Of a DNA stretch of 64,000 bases, positions 26,424-41,622 are shown piece after piece. Source of the DNA: Eledone cirrhosa (taxonomy: Eukaryota); assembly GCA_964016885.1 (NCBI GenBank), contig OZ024742.1:16306001-16370000 (forward strand), read 5' to 3'. A program made the position numbers and the translations under genes. Under the pieces are notes generated by a model. That model had not been told where the DNA came from, did not search any database, and worked only from the letters and a program-made list of their open reading frames with translations. Positions within the stretch are counted from its first letter, which is position 1. Every line of letters begins with the position of its first letter.

Positions 26424-27510
26424 CAGAGAACCTATTTTACCACCTATTAGAGAACCTATTTTACCTCCTATTAGAGAACCTATTTTAGCTCCTATTAAAG
26501 TACCAATTTTACCACCTATTAGAGAACCTATTTTACCTCCTATTAAAGAACCTATTTTACCTCCTATTAGAGAACCTATCTTACCACGTATTAGAGAACC
26601 TATTTTACCACCTATTAAAGAACCTATTTTACCTCCTATTAGAGAACCTATTTTACCTCCTATTAGAGAGCCTATTTTACCTCCTATTAGAGAACCTATT
26701 TTACCTCCTATTAGAGAACCTATTTTACCACCTATTAGAGAACCTATTTTACCACCTATTAGAGAACCTATTTTACCTCCTATTAGAGAACCTATTTTAC
26801 CTCCTATTAAAGAACCTATTTTACCTCCTATTAAAGAACCTATTTTACCTCCTATTAGAGAACCTATCTTACCACCTATTAGAGAACCTATTTTACCTCC
26901 TATTAGAGAACCTATTTTACCACCTATTAGAGAAACTATTTTACCACCTATTAGAGAACCTATTTTACCACCTATTAGAGAACCTATTTTACCACCTATT
27001 AAAGAACCTATTTTACCTCCTATTTGAGAGCCTATCTTACCACCTATTAGAGAACCTATTTTACCACCTATTAGAGAACCTATTTTACCACCTATTAGAG
27101 AACCTATTTTACCTCCTATTAAAGAACCTATTTTACCTCCTATTTGAGAGCCTATCTTACCACCTATTAGAGAACCTATTTTACCTCCTATTAGAGAACC
27201 TATCTTACCACCTATTAGAGAACCTATTTTACCTCCTATTAGAGAACCTATTTTAGCACCTATTAGAGAACCTATTTTAGCACCTATTAGAAAACCTATT
27301 TTACCTCCTATTAGAGAACCTATTTTAGCACCTATTAGAGAACCTATTTTACCTCCTATTAGAGAACCTATTTTACCTCCTATTAGAGAACCAATTTTAC
27401 CACCTATTAGAGAACTTATTTTACCGCCTGTTAGAGAACCTATTTTACCACCTATTAGATAACTTATTTTACCTCCTATTAGAGAACCAATGTTACCACC
27501 TATTAGAGAA
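26424..27510. repeat. 24-bp minisatellite (AGAGAACCTATTTTACCWCCTATT)n, about 45 copies
   Basis: Head-to-tail units with no spacers. Confidence 0.95.
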
Positions 27511-27753
27511 CGGTCGATACTTTATTATTTGTTCAATGGCTCTCGCTATTTCTTCAAAATATATTCCATATATACTCACTACCAGTTACAGTCATTGAAT
27601 CAATGCATTAATGGTACTACTTGTTACTGTCATATTGAATGAATAGAAGTAAACATACACACACACGTGCACCAGGTCCAAATACAGTGGAGCTGAACTG
27701 TCATCGCCTCCATTTCTCTCGCTCTCCTCATCTCTGACCATTATTAGCAAATT

Positions 27754-27935
27754 GGCGGTGGATTGGCAGTATCGGTAGAGAGTCGGAGGTCATGCTTTGC
27801 AGCAAAGAGTTACGGCCCATTATGGTCTGAGTTCAAATCCCGCCGAGGTTAACTTTGCCTTTCATCCTTACGGGGTCGATAAAATAAAGTACCACTGGGA
27901 TAATTGCTGGCTTTGTGCCAAAAGTAGAAACAATT
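27754..27935 (+). mobile_element. tRNA-derived SINE (family A)
   Basis: Family match; imperfect TSD ATTATTA(G/A)CAAAT. Confidence 0.9.
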
Positions 27936-29276
27936 ATTAACAAATGGGGTCCCACATGCTGGCCGCCCCACGCCCCAGTTACACTTGTGGTTTCGGAATT
28001 ATCAAAGTACCTCTCCCATTAAACATCTTGTTTATAACTACCATAAAATGTTCTTTCTATTATATTTGGATGTTTATATATGATGTTATAACTTTTCCAT
28101 CAACCCAACATATGTAGTCGTTTTCATCTCTTTATCTACAATACCATTTATTATTTCCTAAGATGTTCTTATCCCTCTTCTACCTTCTGTAATGAATACT
28201 TTATGTATTTCATCAGCTTTCACTTTCAAAACTATTCGTTGATCTCGACTTTAACACTTTTTCACATCTCAGTTAAGACTCTAATAATTAACCCTTTCCA
28301 TATTAATGTCCAGTATTCCCCCTTCAACATTTTTTTTATTTCTATGCACCAGTAAAATCCCACGTTTCCCCTGAAATTCATTGCTTTATTTTTATCACCT
28401 TTGGCCATATTCTATTATATCTAATTTACATTCTTCCACACGTGTTATTGATTTTTAGATATTTTTCTTCTATAGCTTCAAGAACAACAAATCTGTTAAG
28501 ACATTTAATTACAAATTCATTTTTAATTCTATCATATTTCATCTTTTCTGTCTGAAATAAGGCAACATATTCTTTCTTTTCTTTAGCCATCAGCCTCAAA
28601 GGAATATTTCCCACTTCTGATATATACATCGATATATTCTTGCAGCGATATTTTACGTTATAGATTTATCAAAATATTATCTACTTGATTATGATGTTTT
28701 TCATGTTGGAATGCCCAAGTTTAAATATACTAATGTTTGTTCTTGTGTTGATTGATTCAAAGAAGCTGATTAATCATACAACCTTCTCGTTAGCATCTCT
28801 GATGCCATTATTTCATATCTTTACTGCTGTTGCCAATATTTCACTTCAATAATTATAATGTTTATAACTTTTGCTGGTTTATCATCTACTCATTCATGCA
28901 ACAGTCTGTAGAAAGTATCTTTTACTTCAGCGGTTGTATTATTTATAAATATGTAACAAATAATAAGACGGATGTTGCTTTGTTTAACTTTAAGTTTCAC
29001 CAAAAACATTTCGCCATTAGCTGCAGGTTACCTTTGAGATGGTATACTTGCAATTTTTATATTTATTATAGGTGTGTTGTGTTATTTATAATGTGTATAA
29101 GGTGTGTTGTGCTCTTGAGAAATATACTTTCTTTCTTCTTCTTCCTTTTGTTACCATGGTTGGATAACATCCATGAGCTTGGCTGGTAGGGGTGGGGGGG
29201 GGCTCAACCGGTTCAGTTGGAGACGTTTACCTGCTGGAAGGAGTGTTTGAGGTCTGTGGCCCCAGGACCCTCTCAA

Positions 29277-29351
<75 letters not shown>

Positions 29352-29612
29352 TTTCTTTATTAACCACAAGGGTTTACATAAAGTAGACATTAAGGACAGT
29401 GCAGGACAATGCAGGACGGTACAAATGGGCATTTCTGCGTGTAAAAAAACAAAAACAGAGGATGTAACAAAAATAACAATGAAAATAACAATGAAAAAAT
29501 TCCCCAATAGGGGGGAGACTTCGGAGGGACATTTGTGGAGAAAGCCCAGTAAAAAGCCACAATGACCCTGACCACCAAGGCAAGTGCCCTCTCCCAGTTT
29601 TCCACCTTTAGT

Positions 29613-32600
29613 TTACAGATATATACTCAGAGTCGGCCCATTCACTCGGGCCATTCTTGCTTCTCTCACCCATCTTTCAACAAAATGCTGGGAAGAGAGC
29701 ACTTCCTTCTCTACTCTGATTTTCCTTTTCAAATGAAATTTGAAAAAGTCAATCAGAGCATCACCGAAGAGGTAAGTGCTCGTCTTCAGCCCTTTCAAAC
29801 GTGTCCACCATACTATCTCTTTCGCCATGGCCACCAGACAGATAAAAACTGCCTGCCCTTCCCGGCTAAAGGAGGAGGGCGGGGCAATCCTCACGATAGA
29901 CTCAGATGATAGCTGGATCCGTCCTAAACGCGACAGCAGGTGTTCGACATAAACCCACAAGTCAGCAATTTTCGGACACTGGACGAGTGCGTGCAGGACG
30001 GTTTCGTCGCCCTGCGCGCATCTCGGACATTCCCGGCTGACGGCACCTCCATGCCTGTAGAGTTTATCCCGAACTGGCAAGGCTCCTCGGTAGCACTGCC
30101 AGGCCAGAGATTTCTGGAAGTTGTCCATAGGCCCTGGCCCGAAAGTTCTTCCGAAGAGATTGGCTAGTTGATTTTCGTCGACGCCTAGAGTTTCCCCAAG
30201 TACGTCGTCGCTCTTCCCCTCCACTAATCCTCTATAGAACGCCGAGGTGGAGTTTCCACCGATCACATTGCCCGATTGGTCGAGGGCTGTGAGCGCCTGA
30301 AGACATTCCAGTCTCCAGGCGCTCCCTCTCGGTCTTCGCTTGACCCAGGACTGCAGCTCCGTCAAGGAAACGAGCTGGGGAAATACGTGTCTAGCAAACG
30401 GCGACCACACCTGATCACCGTCGAGGAAGAGGTGGAGATGTCGTAGCCTGAGTGCGTGTCTGCGCATCATCAGCCACGGCATGCCCAGCCCTCCACGTAG
30501 CGAGTGTTGACAGCAGAAAGCGAAAGAACAAACGCTCCAGCGCAGTCAGGCGGGGCTTAGGACAAGGTACGGCGGTCAGGCGGTAGCAGATGACAGACGC
30601 GATGTACGCGTTAGCCACCTCCGCTCGACCTTTCAGGGATAGCTTCCTCTCCGCCCATTTCTGGGTGACAGAAGCCACCCTGCTCGTCACCTCATCCCAA
30701 TTTTTGTCCGTCTGGAGGTCCGGACCGAACCAGACCCCTAGCAATTTAACCGGACCGTCCGTCCAGCGTCCGACGACGATGTTGGACGGCATGGACCTGC
30801 CTCTCCATGTGCCGAGCTGCAGGCCCACTGACTTTTCCTGGTTGATCATTGCTCCTGTCACCGCTTCGTATTCTCTTAGTGTAGTGCCGATCGCCTCGAT
30901 GTGTTTGGCGTTCGACACAACTACTGTGACATCGTCCGTATATGCTGGCACGGACTTCCGCATCCTAGTTCGCGCGGGACGCCCCTCAACGTCTCCAGTT
31001 TGTGCAGTAATGGCTCGAGACTCAATACGTACAAGAGGGACGAGAGGGGACATCCTTGGCGGACCGAGCGCATGATATTGAACGGTTCCGAAAGGTGACC
31101 ATTCACTATTACCACAGAGCAGATGTCGCTGTGCATGGCAGCGATCCAGCCTCTGAAGACGGGCCCAAAGCCAGCCGACCTCAGGACTGCCGCTAGGTAA
31201 CGATGGTCGACCCTATCGAAAGCTTTCGACTGATCTAAATTGATCAAGGACGCACCCGTGCCAGGTTCCCTAGCTACCCTCTCTACGATGTATCGCATGA
31301 GGTGGAGGTTGTCGTGGATGGATCTGTCGAGAATAACGCATGTCTGCGCCTCTTTCACCAGTCCACCAACGACAAGCGCCAACCTCTTTGCTAGCACCTT
31401 GGCCAAAATCTTGAACTCTGTGTTTAGCAGAGTTATGGGCCTGAAATTATCTATGTTATTGCCCCTTGTTCGAATCCTTTCTCAGCAGTGCCACCGCTCC
31501 TCGGCTCACATAGCTGGGAATTCTCCCGTTCTGTTGCCAATTGCAGTAGACGTCCGCCAAGAGGCCTCCGAACAAGTCTGGCATCTGTACGTAAAGTTCA
31601 TAGGGCAGACCATCCAAACCAGGCGATTTACCCCTTGTGCAGCCAGTCATTGCCTCCCGTACTTCAGAGGCTGTTATCGGCTTTACGCAACACTCCGCCT
31701 CAGTGGCCGAGAGCCGCGGCAGTCCGTGGAGGTAGACACTAAAGTCCATCCCTCGACCCGGCCCACCGCTGCCCCCGAACAGCTGAGTGAAGTGTCGCTG
31801 AAAAGCTTCACACATTTGCCCGGGATCAAGTAGCATGTGCCCGTCGTGGTCCACCAAAGACCGGATCGTAGCTTTGTTGCCACGACGCGCCTCCGCCACT
31901 CGGGCCCATTGAACGGCTTTCGTCCCCTCGTGTCTGAGAGCACGCACCCTAGCTCTGACAACGCAGCCTTCGTGCTTTGCATTGAAGAATTGGTCAAATG
32001 CCAATTTCGCCGCAAGCACGTCGGTCGCGATGCCTTTGCTAAGCGCCTTATCTAATTTTCTATCTAGTTCTCCCTCTGCTCTATTTTTCTCTATTGTTAA
32101 ATCCTTACTAAATCTAATGGATTCTATTCTAATCGCTCTTTTCAGAGCAAACCACCACTTGCTGTTGACGATGGCTCCCGTCAACGCCCGCTTAACTAGT
32201 TCGCTAATCCGGTCTCTGTAGGCCTTGCGCGCTGGTAAGGACGCGTTTAGCTTCCTGTAGCCGGGTCCTCGTCTATGAAGCCTATCTAAATCAAGCACAC
32301 AGATCACGAATTTTTAGTCCGTGTAGCTGACTATCTTGAATTGTGGACAGCCTATGCTAGACCTATCTATTTCCCTACAAAATACTCTATCTAGATATGA
32401 TCTGGATGACCCTATGCGATTTGTCCAAGTCCACATTGGCACATTCGGGAAATCGAATCGGTACCTGTCAGACAGTTCAAAACGCCTGAGCAGGTTGGTG
32501 AGGCTCTTGTACCCTCCACCCCTATCCGCTAATCCCACACCTCGATCCAGTCGCCCACTAACATTAAAGAGCGGGACGTTCCAAGAAAGGTCTCCAGACG

Positions 32601-32971
32601 CCGGAAGAAATCAGGCCGCCCTGCTCCTGTCGGGGCATAGACGGCCACTAGCGTGAAAGCTTGCCCGTCTCCGCTGGTCACGTCCAGCACCACTAACTTA
32701 CCCTCTGGGTCCAGGAAGATGGCCCGTATGGCGAGATCCAAACTTCTCCGAAAAAGCACAACAACTCCTCCCCCCGATCCAGGACGGCTGGGAGATGCGT
32801 GCACATCGTAGCCGCCGAAGATCGGTGCGAAGGCCCGTGCTTCGGAAATCTGGTCTCGCTGATGGCCACTACATCTATGTTTAGTGACCTGAGGTCGTTG
32901 AGCAGGTGACTCTGCTTCCATGACGACCCCAAGCTACGCGCATTTATGCTGCCTAGTCTGAGTGATGTCAT
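29613..32971 (-). pseudogene. ORF2 (APE endonuclease, reverse transcriptase, C-terminal Cys/His region), frameshifted
   Basis: LGSINARSL, VAVYAP, VGDW, SYLDR, NLDQSKAFDRVDH, SVRQGCPLS, AYTDD, CPRC..ETVLHALVQC. Confidence 0.92.
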
Positions 32972-33006
32972 GTTTAAAATAGAGTGGAAAAGATGGGAAA
33001 GACCAC

Positions 33007-35133
33007 TTACCGTACTTTTCGTAGAGGAAGGATGGTTTCTCCATCCCTTTTCACTTGATCGTCTGGTGAAGGGACTGTTGAATCGTCCCTTCGGCTGGTC
33101 GTCGGCTCTTCTATGAGTATGTCCGAATATACTCTCCAATTGAGAGTCCCTACTAGCTCTCTGAAATCACCAACTCCGTTGGGGAATTTCGTTTTAATGT
33201 TTGTGTATTGTTTCTGTGCTATTTTTAGCAGTCTTATGTTCGTTGGCGTTTTGATAGGTGCTGGTATTCTGTAGTCGTGCTGTGAAATGTCTGTGTGTTC
33301 AATTATGTAAGTCATTAGTTTCTTGTTGTGTGTATTTATTGCCGTGCATTTGTTTATCTGGGGTGGGGTGTGGTTCTGCTATTTTCTTGTCGTTGTTGCT
33401 GGGTGTGTGTGTTTTGTTGTTGTGTTTGCGATGTTGGTGCTTGTGGTGGTGTTGTTGAAGGCGTTGTTGTTGTTGGCGGTAGGGTTGTCGCCGGTGGTGA
33501 TGGTGGTACTAGTGTGGGTGGTGATGGCGTTGGTGGTGTTGCTGCTGTGAGTCTCTTTGCAGTAGCCTTTACCCTTTTTTCATTTCTTTCCTCCCTTTTC
33601 GAAGGCGATGATGCGCTGCTTCTGCGTTTGTGCCTTCTTACGACCTTTTGCCATCCCTCTCCCACCTCACACTCCATGTCTGATTCTGTGAGGTCGGGGA
33701 GGGGTACCAGCTCCACTCTCTCACTTGTTGTTGTTGGTGATGTTTGCAGTGGAGTCTTTGTTGCAGCTGCATTTGGTATTGCTGTTGTAGTTGTTAATAC
33801 TTCCACTCCTGCTGCTGTTCTTGATTTCCGTGGCGTGGGTATGGGTGCCACGGACCTATCGTTCCTGGTTGCCGCTTGTCCTGTTGCTGGTAGCCGTGGA
33901 GCCGGTTTCGGAAGGAGGGGGGTTTTCTCCTTTCTCAGGGTCTTCTTTTTGCAGAAGGCCCTGAGGTGAGTCTTCGATCCACAGCGAAAGCATTTCGGGC
34001 GTTTGCCCTCAACACTTATGGGCAGTTGAGTGCCGTTATCGAAGTCTCTCACATCCGGGGTAGCTTCGATGCACTCCTGGTTGGTTTGGATTAACATCTC
34101 AATGGAGGTGCAGACCCAATTTTCTCTTACTTTTTTGTGTACTTGCAGTACAGTTGTTTTGTCCTCAATTCCGACGAGGACAGACGCGGCCAACCAAGAA
34201 GGTGCGATCCCGGGGGGGGGGGTCAGTTTGATCCTCACAATTTTTTGCCCGCAGTAGGAGGGCACCAATACCATTTCCTCGCTCCTTAGGGTCACTAAGG
34301 ATTGAGCCTTTGCCTCCTGGGTGTGGCAAAAAGCACGTCTACGGTGGAATATTTCTTGCCTCAGGTGATGTGCGTTTCCGCTGCCACACAGACCCTAAGG
34401 CTTTTTGTATTTGTGGCTCTTTCAACCCTACGGCCGTACAGTGCTGTTGGGTTTCGAAAAATTGTTCGGCTGCCTTGCAGATTGCTCGGTGTCCGGTTTT
34501 CGTCACCATCTTCTTCGATTCCTCTAATTCCTCATTTGTTATGAGGATGGTTTCCAGGTTCTTTGTGATACCTGCAAACGAGATTGGTTTTTCTTTGCTG
34601 CTGTTGTTGTTGTTGTTGTTGTCGTCAGAGCTGCTGTTACTTTTGTTGTTGCTGCAGGTACTACAACTACTGCCGCCGCCGCCGCTGCTGTGGTTGTTGT
34701 TGCTGCTGCTGCTGTTGTTGCTGTTGCTGCTAATGCTGTTGTTGTTTATGCTGCTGCTGATGCTGTTGCGGCTGCTATTGTTGTTTTCCTTGTCACTGTT
34801 GCTGCTGATGCTGTTATTACGGCTGCTACTGCTATTATTCCTGACGTCAGACGAATGAAATGGGTTTTCGTATTTCCCGCACACCTTTTTCGTCGTTGTC
34901 GTCGTCGTCGTGGAGAAATCTTGCACGCTTTGCACGTGATTTTTCTTTTCTGGCGTCGCTTGCGAAAGAGAAGGGAGGGAAAGAGATACATTTAGAGAAG
35001 GGAGGGAGAGAGACAATCTTCTCTCTGCTGTAGTGACGATTGAGGAAGAAGAAGACGGAATGAGTGGGAGTGACCTATGAACATTTTTTTCGTAGCCATG
35101 ATTTTTTTTTTGTTTAAAATAAATATTGGGCAC
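33007..35133 (-). pseudogene. ORF1 (gag-like CCHC knuckle, Ser/Asn and Pro/Thr low-complexity tracts), frameshifted
   Basis: VEGKRPKCFRCGSKTHLRAFC. Confidence 0.8.
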
Positions 35134-36313
35134 ACAACCCCAATAAGCGGTTATTTAACCCCGAAGGACCAAATAACGGGCAGAAAGACCCCTCTCACGA
35201 GGAGGAGGGTGTTTTTGTCTACAAGTTGGTTAAAGTTTTAAACAATTTACAATTGTTATAGCGGTCAAAATTTACAATATCTAACAGAGCCGAGCATCCG
35301 TCAACCATAGCATTCAATAATAATAATAATAGTAAGAAGAAGATAACACAAGAAATATAATCATGAATCACATCTTTAAAGGAGTTAAAATTATATATCA
35401 TTTTGAGAATCAATATAAACAACGCTCTCAAAAGAGATGTCTAACCGTTAGGGGGAACATAACAATTAGACTAGAGGATTAGATTTAATCTCATTTTATA
35501 AGACTTGAAAATAATCTCAATATTTTCTTATTATGAACTCTTTTAATATAGTTCATCATTTTTAAAGTAGAAACACATATTCATGATTTTGTCCTTTAGA
35601 AACAAATTCTAATGAATAATCTAAAAGAAAATGAATTATTTTCAATGTTCTCATGTACTACAAAGTCAGCACAAATAGTCTGCAACACTTAAATAGTCGT
35701 TGAATTATAAACAATTTAATATTTTAGTTAACCGTGGGACAGGACAGCCCAAGGGAGCATATCATTCAATCGGCTGTTGCAGAGACATAGAACGATAATA
35801 ACCTACAGAGATTCATAACTCTCAGTAAAACAAACATCTTGTGGGTCAAGAAAATGAACTCCTGAACATGGTTTATTATGCGAAACAGTAGATCATATCA
35901 TTATCTTTTGTTCGTTCTAAAGTCTTTTAAAGTACTGATATATTATGGAATAAACTGTCAAAATATTACGCTATTCCAAGCAACAAACTGAGGCACCTTG
36001 GAGCAAGATAAGCGAAATTAAATTTTCAAGAAAATTTCATTGGACAAATATCTCCATTAACAATTTATTATGAGCGATATGACATTTTTACTGTTAACAC
36101 TGTTTGCAAAATATCGATTTCTGAGTTTGGCATAGAATATGTGTGTGTATATATGGATATACATGTTATTTTATAATAATTAACTCCGTACTTGCACCAC
36201 CACAACACAAACGAAGACCGGTGAGTTGCATTACGGCGAGTGCACTCCCTAATATTTCATCAAGGTTGACTATACGGAATGACCAATTCTATCCAGTGGT
36301 GAACTAACAAACC

Positions 36314-36390
<77 letters not shown>

Positions 36391-36504
36391 AGAGGTATAT
36401 GATTTTTAAAGCGATGAAATACCAATGAAGGTTGGAAGATCACTGATGAAGGACTAATTTTATTCATATGTAACCCATGTGCAACCACGCATCACTCCAT
36501 TTTT

Positions 36505-36551
<47 letters not shown>

Positions 36552-36599
36552 GTGTAGGAAAAGAGTCCGGACCCCGACGGCTGAGCTACGGCCGTTTCG

Positions 36600-36664
<65 letters not shown>

Positions 36665-36713
36665 ATATATATACGTATGTGAGGAAAAGCACAAACCCTC
36701 CATCTAAATTCTA

Positions 36714-36749
36714 CTTTTGAAAAGCACAAGAACTGCGAAACCGGTAAAG
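36714..36749 (+). ncRNA. Minimal type I hammerhead with U3:A8 core, family E
   Basis: CTT TTGAAAA GCA caagaac TGC GAAAC CG GTA AAG. Confidence 0.68.
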
Positions 36750-36810
36750 GAACCGAATAAATATATTTAAAAAAAAGACTCCAGTTGCATTTTCGATTTC
36801 ATCTTTTTTT

Positions 36811-36860
<50 letters not shown>

Positions 36861-36945
36861 AAAGTTATTTACCAAATCAACCTCCCAAATGCAAGGTGAT
36901 TGAAAGGTATGTCGTATCTATTTATTTATAAGACTGTTTATATTG

Positions 36946-37011
36946 TATTTTGTCTGAAGATGGCATAACATATTGTTAATATGATATCCCTGAAATATAT
37001 ATAACGAAATA
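36946..37011 (+). ncRNA. Type I hammerhead motif, family B
   Basis: TATTTTGT CTGAAGA tGGcATAaCATATT gtt AATATGaTATcCCt GAAA TATATA TA ACGAAATA. Confidence 0.75.
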
Positions 37012-37048
37012 AATATGGTTTTATAAATATAGTTCCCATTTATTTAAT

Positions 37049-37097
<49 letters not shown>

Positions 37098-37111
37098 TTT
37101 TTCATACATAC

Positions 37112-37155
<44 letters not shown>

Positions 37156-37271
37156 ATATATATATATATTTATATATATATATATATGTGTGTGGTGTGT
37201 GTGTGTGGAGGGGTGCATTAACGTTCAAGTTAAGGCATTTGAAGTTCTTAGTTACATACATGTATATACAC

Positions 37272-37971
37272 ACCCGCTGTAGTTTATGAAGCTGTGGTCA
37301 CTTCCAACCGACTAAATCAACCCCAGGAGTTCAAATTCTATGTGGGTATGGTGGAGGGCCGATTTAAGGAACGCTTCCTGAACCACCAGTCGACCTTTAG
37401 GTACCCAGACAGACGTTCACCCACGAAACTCGCGAACCATGTATGGTCCCTCAAGGACTCAAGTATAGACTACTCCATTCAATAGAAAGCCATCACTAAG
37501 TCCAAGCCATACGCAAGGCGAAATCCGTCTTGTGGACTATGTATTGATGAACGAATAAATATTCTAAAGAGATTATGCAATAGCGATTGCCTAAACTCAA
37601 GATATTAATTCTTCACACGTTGTCCACACGTCTGGAAACACCTCTTACACAACTACAAAGATCCGGATTGAATTACAACAACATCCTAATTTTCTTATCA
37701 ACTAGAAACTTTCGGACTTCGCAGTTATCTCCCTTACACATCTCGCACGCAATTTAGTATTGTCTGAGTGAAGTGACCGTTTCTGCGCATGCGCGTTCAT
37801 ACCGGTGTCCTTCCTGTTCCGTATAACAATGTCAATTACGAGCTGAGGTTCCGCTAAGGTGAAACAATTGTTCTCGGTATGGTGAACTAACTGTTGTGTA
37901 ACCACTTCTACCTAATTCGTCCCATGGACTGAGTGCTCTACCACTACGGATATTACCTTCCAGTGGTCTAC

Positions 37972-37975
<4 letters not shown>
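37272..37975 (+). mobile_element. 5'-truncated PLE: GIY-YIG remnant (37272-37670), 3' UTR and hammerhead-like motif (37839-37876)
   Basis: VVYEAVV..FYVG..FKERFLNH..LANHVWSLKD..CGLCIDE..LNSR..CPH with stops; CGAG CTGAGGT TCC gctaa GGT GAAAC AATT GTT CTCG. Confidence 0.85.
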
Positions 37976-38025
<50 letters not shown>

Positions 38026-38401
38026 TCATTTTAGTAAGGTTGACTAGTGAGTCTTGTGTTGCCCTATTTATCTGATGGTCATCAGAGTACTCCTTTCTCT
38101 AAGCTCTCATCAACATATGGATATATATATATATACATGAATGTATGCATAGTATATTTGGCAATATACTGTATGTTTAATTAAAACATTTAGAAGACCA
38201 TACGCTATCAGTTTTAAAGTAGTGGCTATTTCACTTACTTCTTTTAGGCGAAAGAAGGGAGATAAGCTGACAATATGTTTCACGCTGGTTGGCGCACTCC
38301 TCTGCTTCCGCTGAAAATTATAGAAGGTGGATTCTTATAGAATTCTAGTAATAATCAGTAGCTGATTATACAGAGCGATTGCCGGTCCAGCAAAAATTAA
38401 G

Positions 38402-38520
38402 TATTAGGATTGGTGCTCTGAAATAGCGATGTATACATGAATGTATGTATAGTATATTTGCCAAATATACTATACATACATTCATGTATACATCGCTATT
38501 TCAGAGCACCAATCCTAATA
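38402..38520. repeat. Perfect ~59-bp-arm palindrome
   Basis: TATTAGGATTGGTGCTCTGAAATAGCG... is mirrored around 38461. Confidence 0.9.
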
Positions 38521-38545
38521 TATGTACACACACACACACGCACGG

Positions 38546-38604
<59 letters not shown>

Positions 38605-39176
38605 GATATATATATATTAGGGATTGTAACATCAAATTAATTTTGGTTCACCAAAGTGAGGACTTAATGAATAGTTTCCAGTATGTACTTAGCATAATGT
38701 AATACTAATAATAAGTATGGACAAGGTGTCAAATTTTCATTAGTTTATTCAGGTGTAACACGCGTTTTGCGATTGATCAGTTCAAGGTTCGATCTCTATC
38801 GATCGGGCTTGAATCTGGAACCAAAATTTGATACCTCGTTCATACTTATTATCAATATTGTGTCTGTGTGTATATATATATGTACGTAATATTGTACAAG
38901 CACACATACATATATATATATACACACTGCTAACATAACCACCACACACAAATGTGTGAATCCCTTCACCTATGAATATAACGAGGCTTAGTTAAGCTAT
39001 ATATATTATATATATATACACATATATACATACATACATATATATATATACATATACGTATGTAATATTGTACACTCACATAATATATATATATATATAT
39101 ACGTACGTAATATTATACACTCACATTATATATATATATATATATATATACGTACGTAATATTGTACACTCACATA

Positions 39177-39266
<90 letters not shown>

Positions 39267-39517
39267 GTACGTAATATTGTACACTCACATAATATATATA
39301 TATATAAAAATATATATATATTTTATTAATATATATATATATATATATAAAAATATATATATATTTTATTAATATATATATATATATATATAAAAGATAT
39401 ATATATTTTATTAATATATATATATATATTATAAATATATATATATATATATATTATAAATATATATATATATATTATAAATACATATATATATATTACA
39501 AGTATATATATATATAT

Positions 39518-39613
<96 letters not shown>

Positions 39614-39648
39614 ATATATATATATATATTTTAAATATATATATATAT

Positions 39649-39686
<38 letters not shown>

Positions 39687-39842
39687 ATATATATATATAT
39701 ATATTATAAATATATATATATATATTATAAATATATATATTATAAATATATATATATATATATATATATAAAGAAAAAGGGATGAAATCGAAAATGCAAC
39801 TGAAGTCTTATTTTTTTTTTAAATATATATATTTATTTGGTT

Positions 39843-39880
39843 CCTTTACCGGTTTCGCAGTTCTTCTGCTTTTCAAAAGG
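39843..39880 (-). ncRNA. Minimal type I hammerhead with U3:A8 core, family E
   Basis: Minus strand: CCTT TTGAAAA GCAG aagaa CTGC GAAAC CG GTA AAGG, then AATAAA; lies at the end of a ~1.1-kb insert (39771-40900). Confidence 0.78.
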
Positions 39881-40396
39881 TGAGTTGAGATGGAGGGTCT
39901 GTGGTTTTTCTCACATCTGGTTGGTCTCTAAATGTTACTTGTTTTATATGGAAAAAGTGGCTCGAAAACCAGGTTTTTCGAGAAGTAATTTGATTGGTTT
40001 GTCAATAATTATAATAAATTTCGCGCCAGTTCGCGTTACAATAGTTCTTCAAATAAGAGAGGGGGGGGGGGGTTGTCACAGGTTGTTTTTTCATATATGA
40101 GTGTTTGAATTTCTTTTTACTTGAAAAAATGAGGCTCACGAAGGCTTTTTTTTTGGTTGGTTATAAATGAAATTTGGCTGTCACGTGAACAAGTTTTCAT
40201 TACATTTTTGCGCCCTTATTTGGAAAACTATTCTGTAGTCTTTATAGTGAATGTTATGACAATGGAGAGATAGTGGTCAAGGGAAAAGGGATTGGGAGAA
40301 ATGTTCTGGTTCAGTGAATATGGCCAGCTGTCAGAGTTCAGGTGTCAGAGTTCAGATTTTCTATTGAGACTGAAGATATGTGTTTATTTGTGTGCT

Positions 40397-40429
<33 letters not shown>

Positions 40430-40898
40430 ATGTGTGTATTGGAAGATGATTCTATTAGTAGAGATGGGGGAGGGGGTTGTGTGTTATGTGTGTGTGTGCG
40501 AGTATGTTAGATAGAGAGAATATATATTTTGTGTGTGTGTATATATATATGTGTGTAGGAAAGTGGTTCTATTAGTAGAAATGGGGAGGGTGTTGTAGGT
40601 GTGGGGGTTGTTATGTGTGTGTATGGGTGTTATGTGTGTGGGAGTATGGTTAGCATGTTAAGATGAAGAGAATATATATATATATATATATATTGTGTGT
40701 GTGTGTATGTGTGTGTGTAGGAAAATGATTCCTTTAGTAGGAATATTTTTGAATGAACATATTTTCCTGACTTTTTCGTGTTTGCTATTGTATTGCCAGT
40801 GCAAACGTATGTTTAAGGTTTATTTAGTTCGGGTTTTTATTTTCTAAAGTAGAAGGTGTTATGTGTGTGTGTGTATGTCATATTGTGGTGTTGACATA

Positions 40899-40949
<51 letters not shown>

Positions 40950-40965
40950 ATATATATATATATAT

Positions 40966-41053
<88 letters not shown>

Positions 41054-41069
41054 ATATATATATATATAT

Positions 41070-41117
<48 letters not shown>

Positions 41118-41133
41118 ATATATATATATATAT

Positions 41134-41229
<96 letters not shown>

Positions 41230-41245
41230 ATATATATATATATAT

Positions 41246-41285
<40 letters not shown>

Positions 41286-41305
41286 ATATATATATATATA
41301 TATAT

Positions 41306-41387
<82 letters not shown>

Positions 41388-41483
41388 TATATATATAAAT
41401 TATAAATATCTATATATATATATATAAAAATATATATATATATATATATATATAAACATATAGAAAAATATATATATATATAT

Positions 41484-41558
<75 letters not shown>

Positions 41559-41572
41559 ATATATATATATAA

Positions 41573-41622
<50 letters not shown>

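Larger units (their letters stand above)
29278..35215 (-). mobile_element. Near-full-length Tx1/L1-clade LINE with (TTA)n tail
   Basis: ORF1 zinc knuckle, APE endonuclease, RT, 3' UTR and (AAT)n at 29278-29349. Confidence 0.92.

Noticed and set aside
28000-29100. Coding-looking AT-rich stretch on the minus strand
   Set aside because: Many stops and no recognisable motif.
38262-38312. Minus-strand CAGAGGA..GCGT GAAAC ATATT GTC hammerhead-like motif
   Set aside because: Stem I cannot be formed without assuming a deletion; too degenerate to call.
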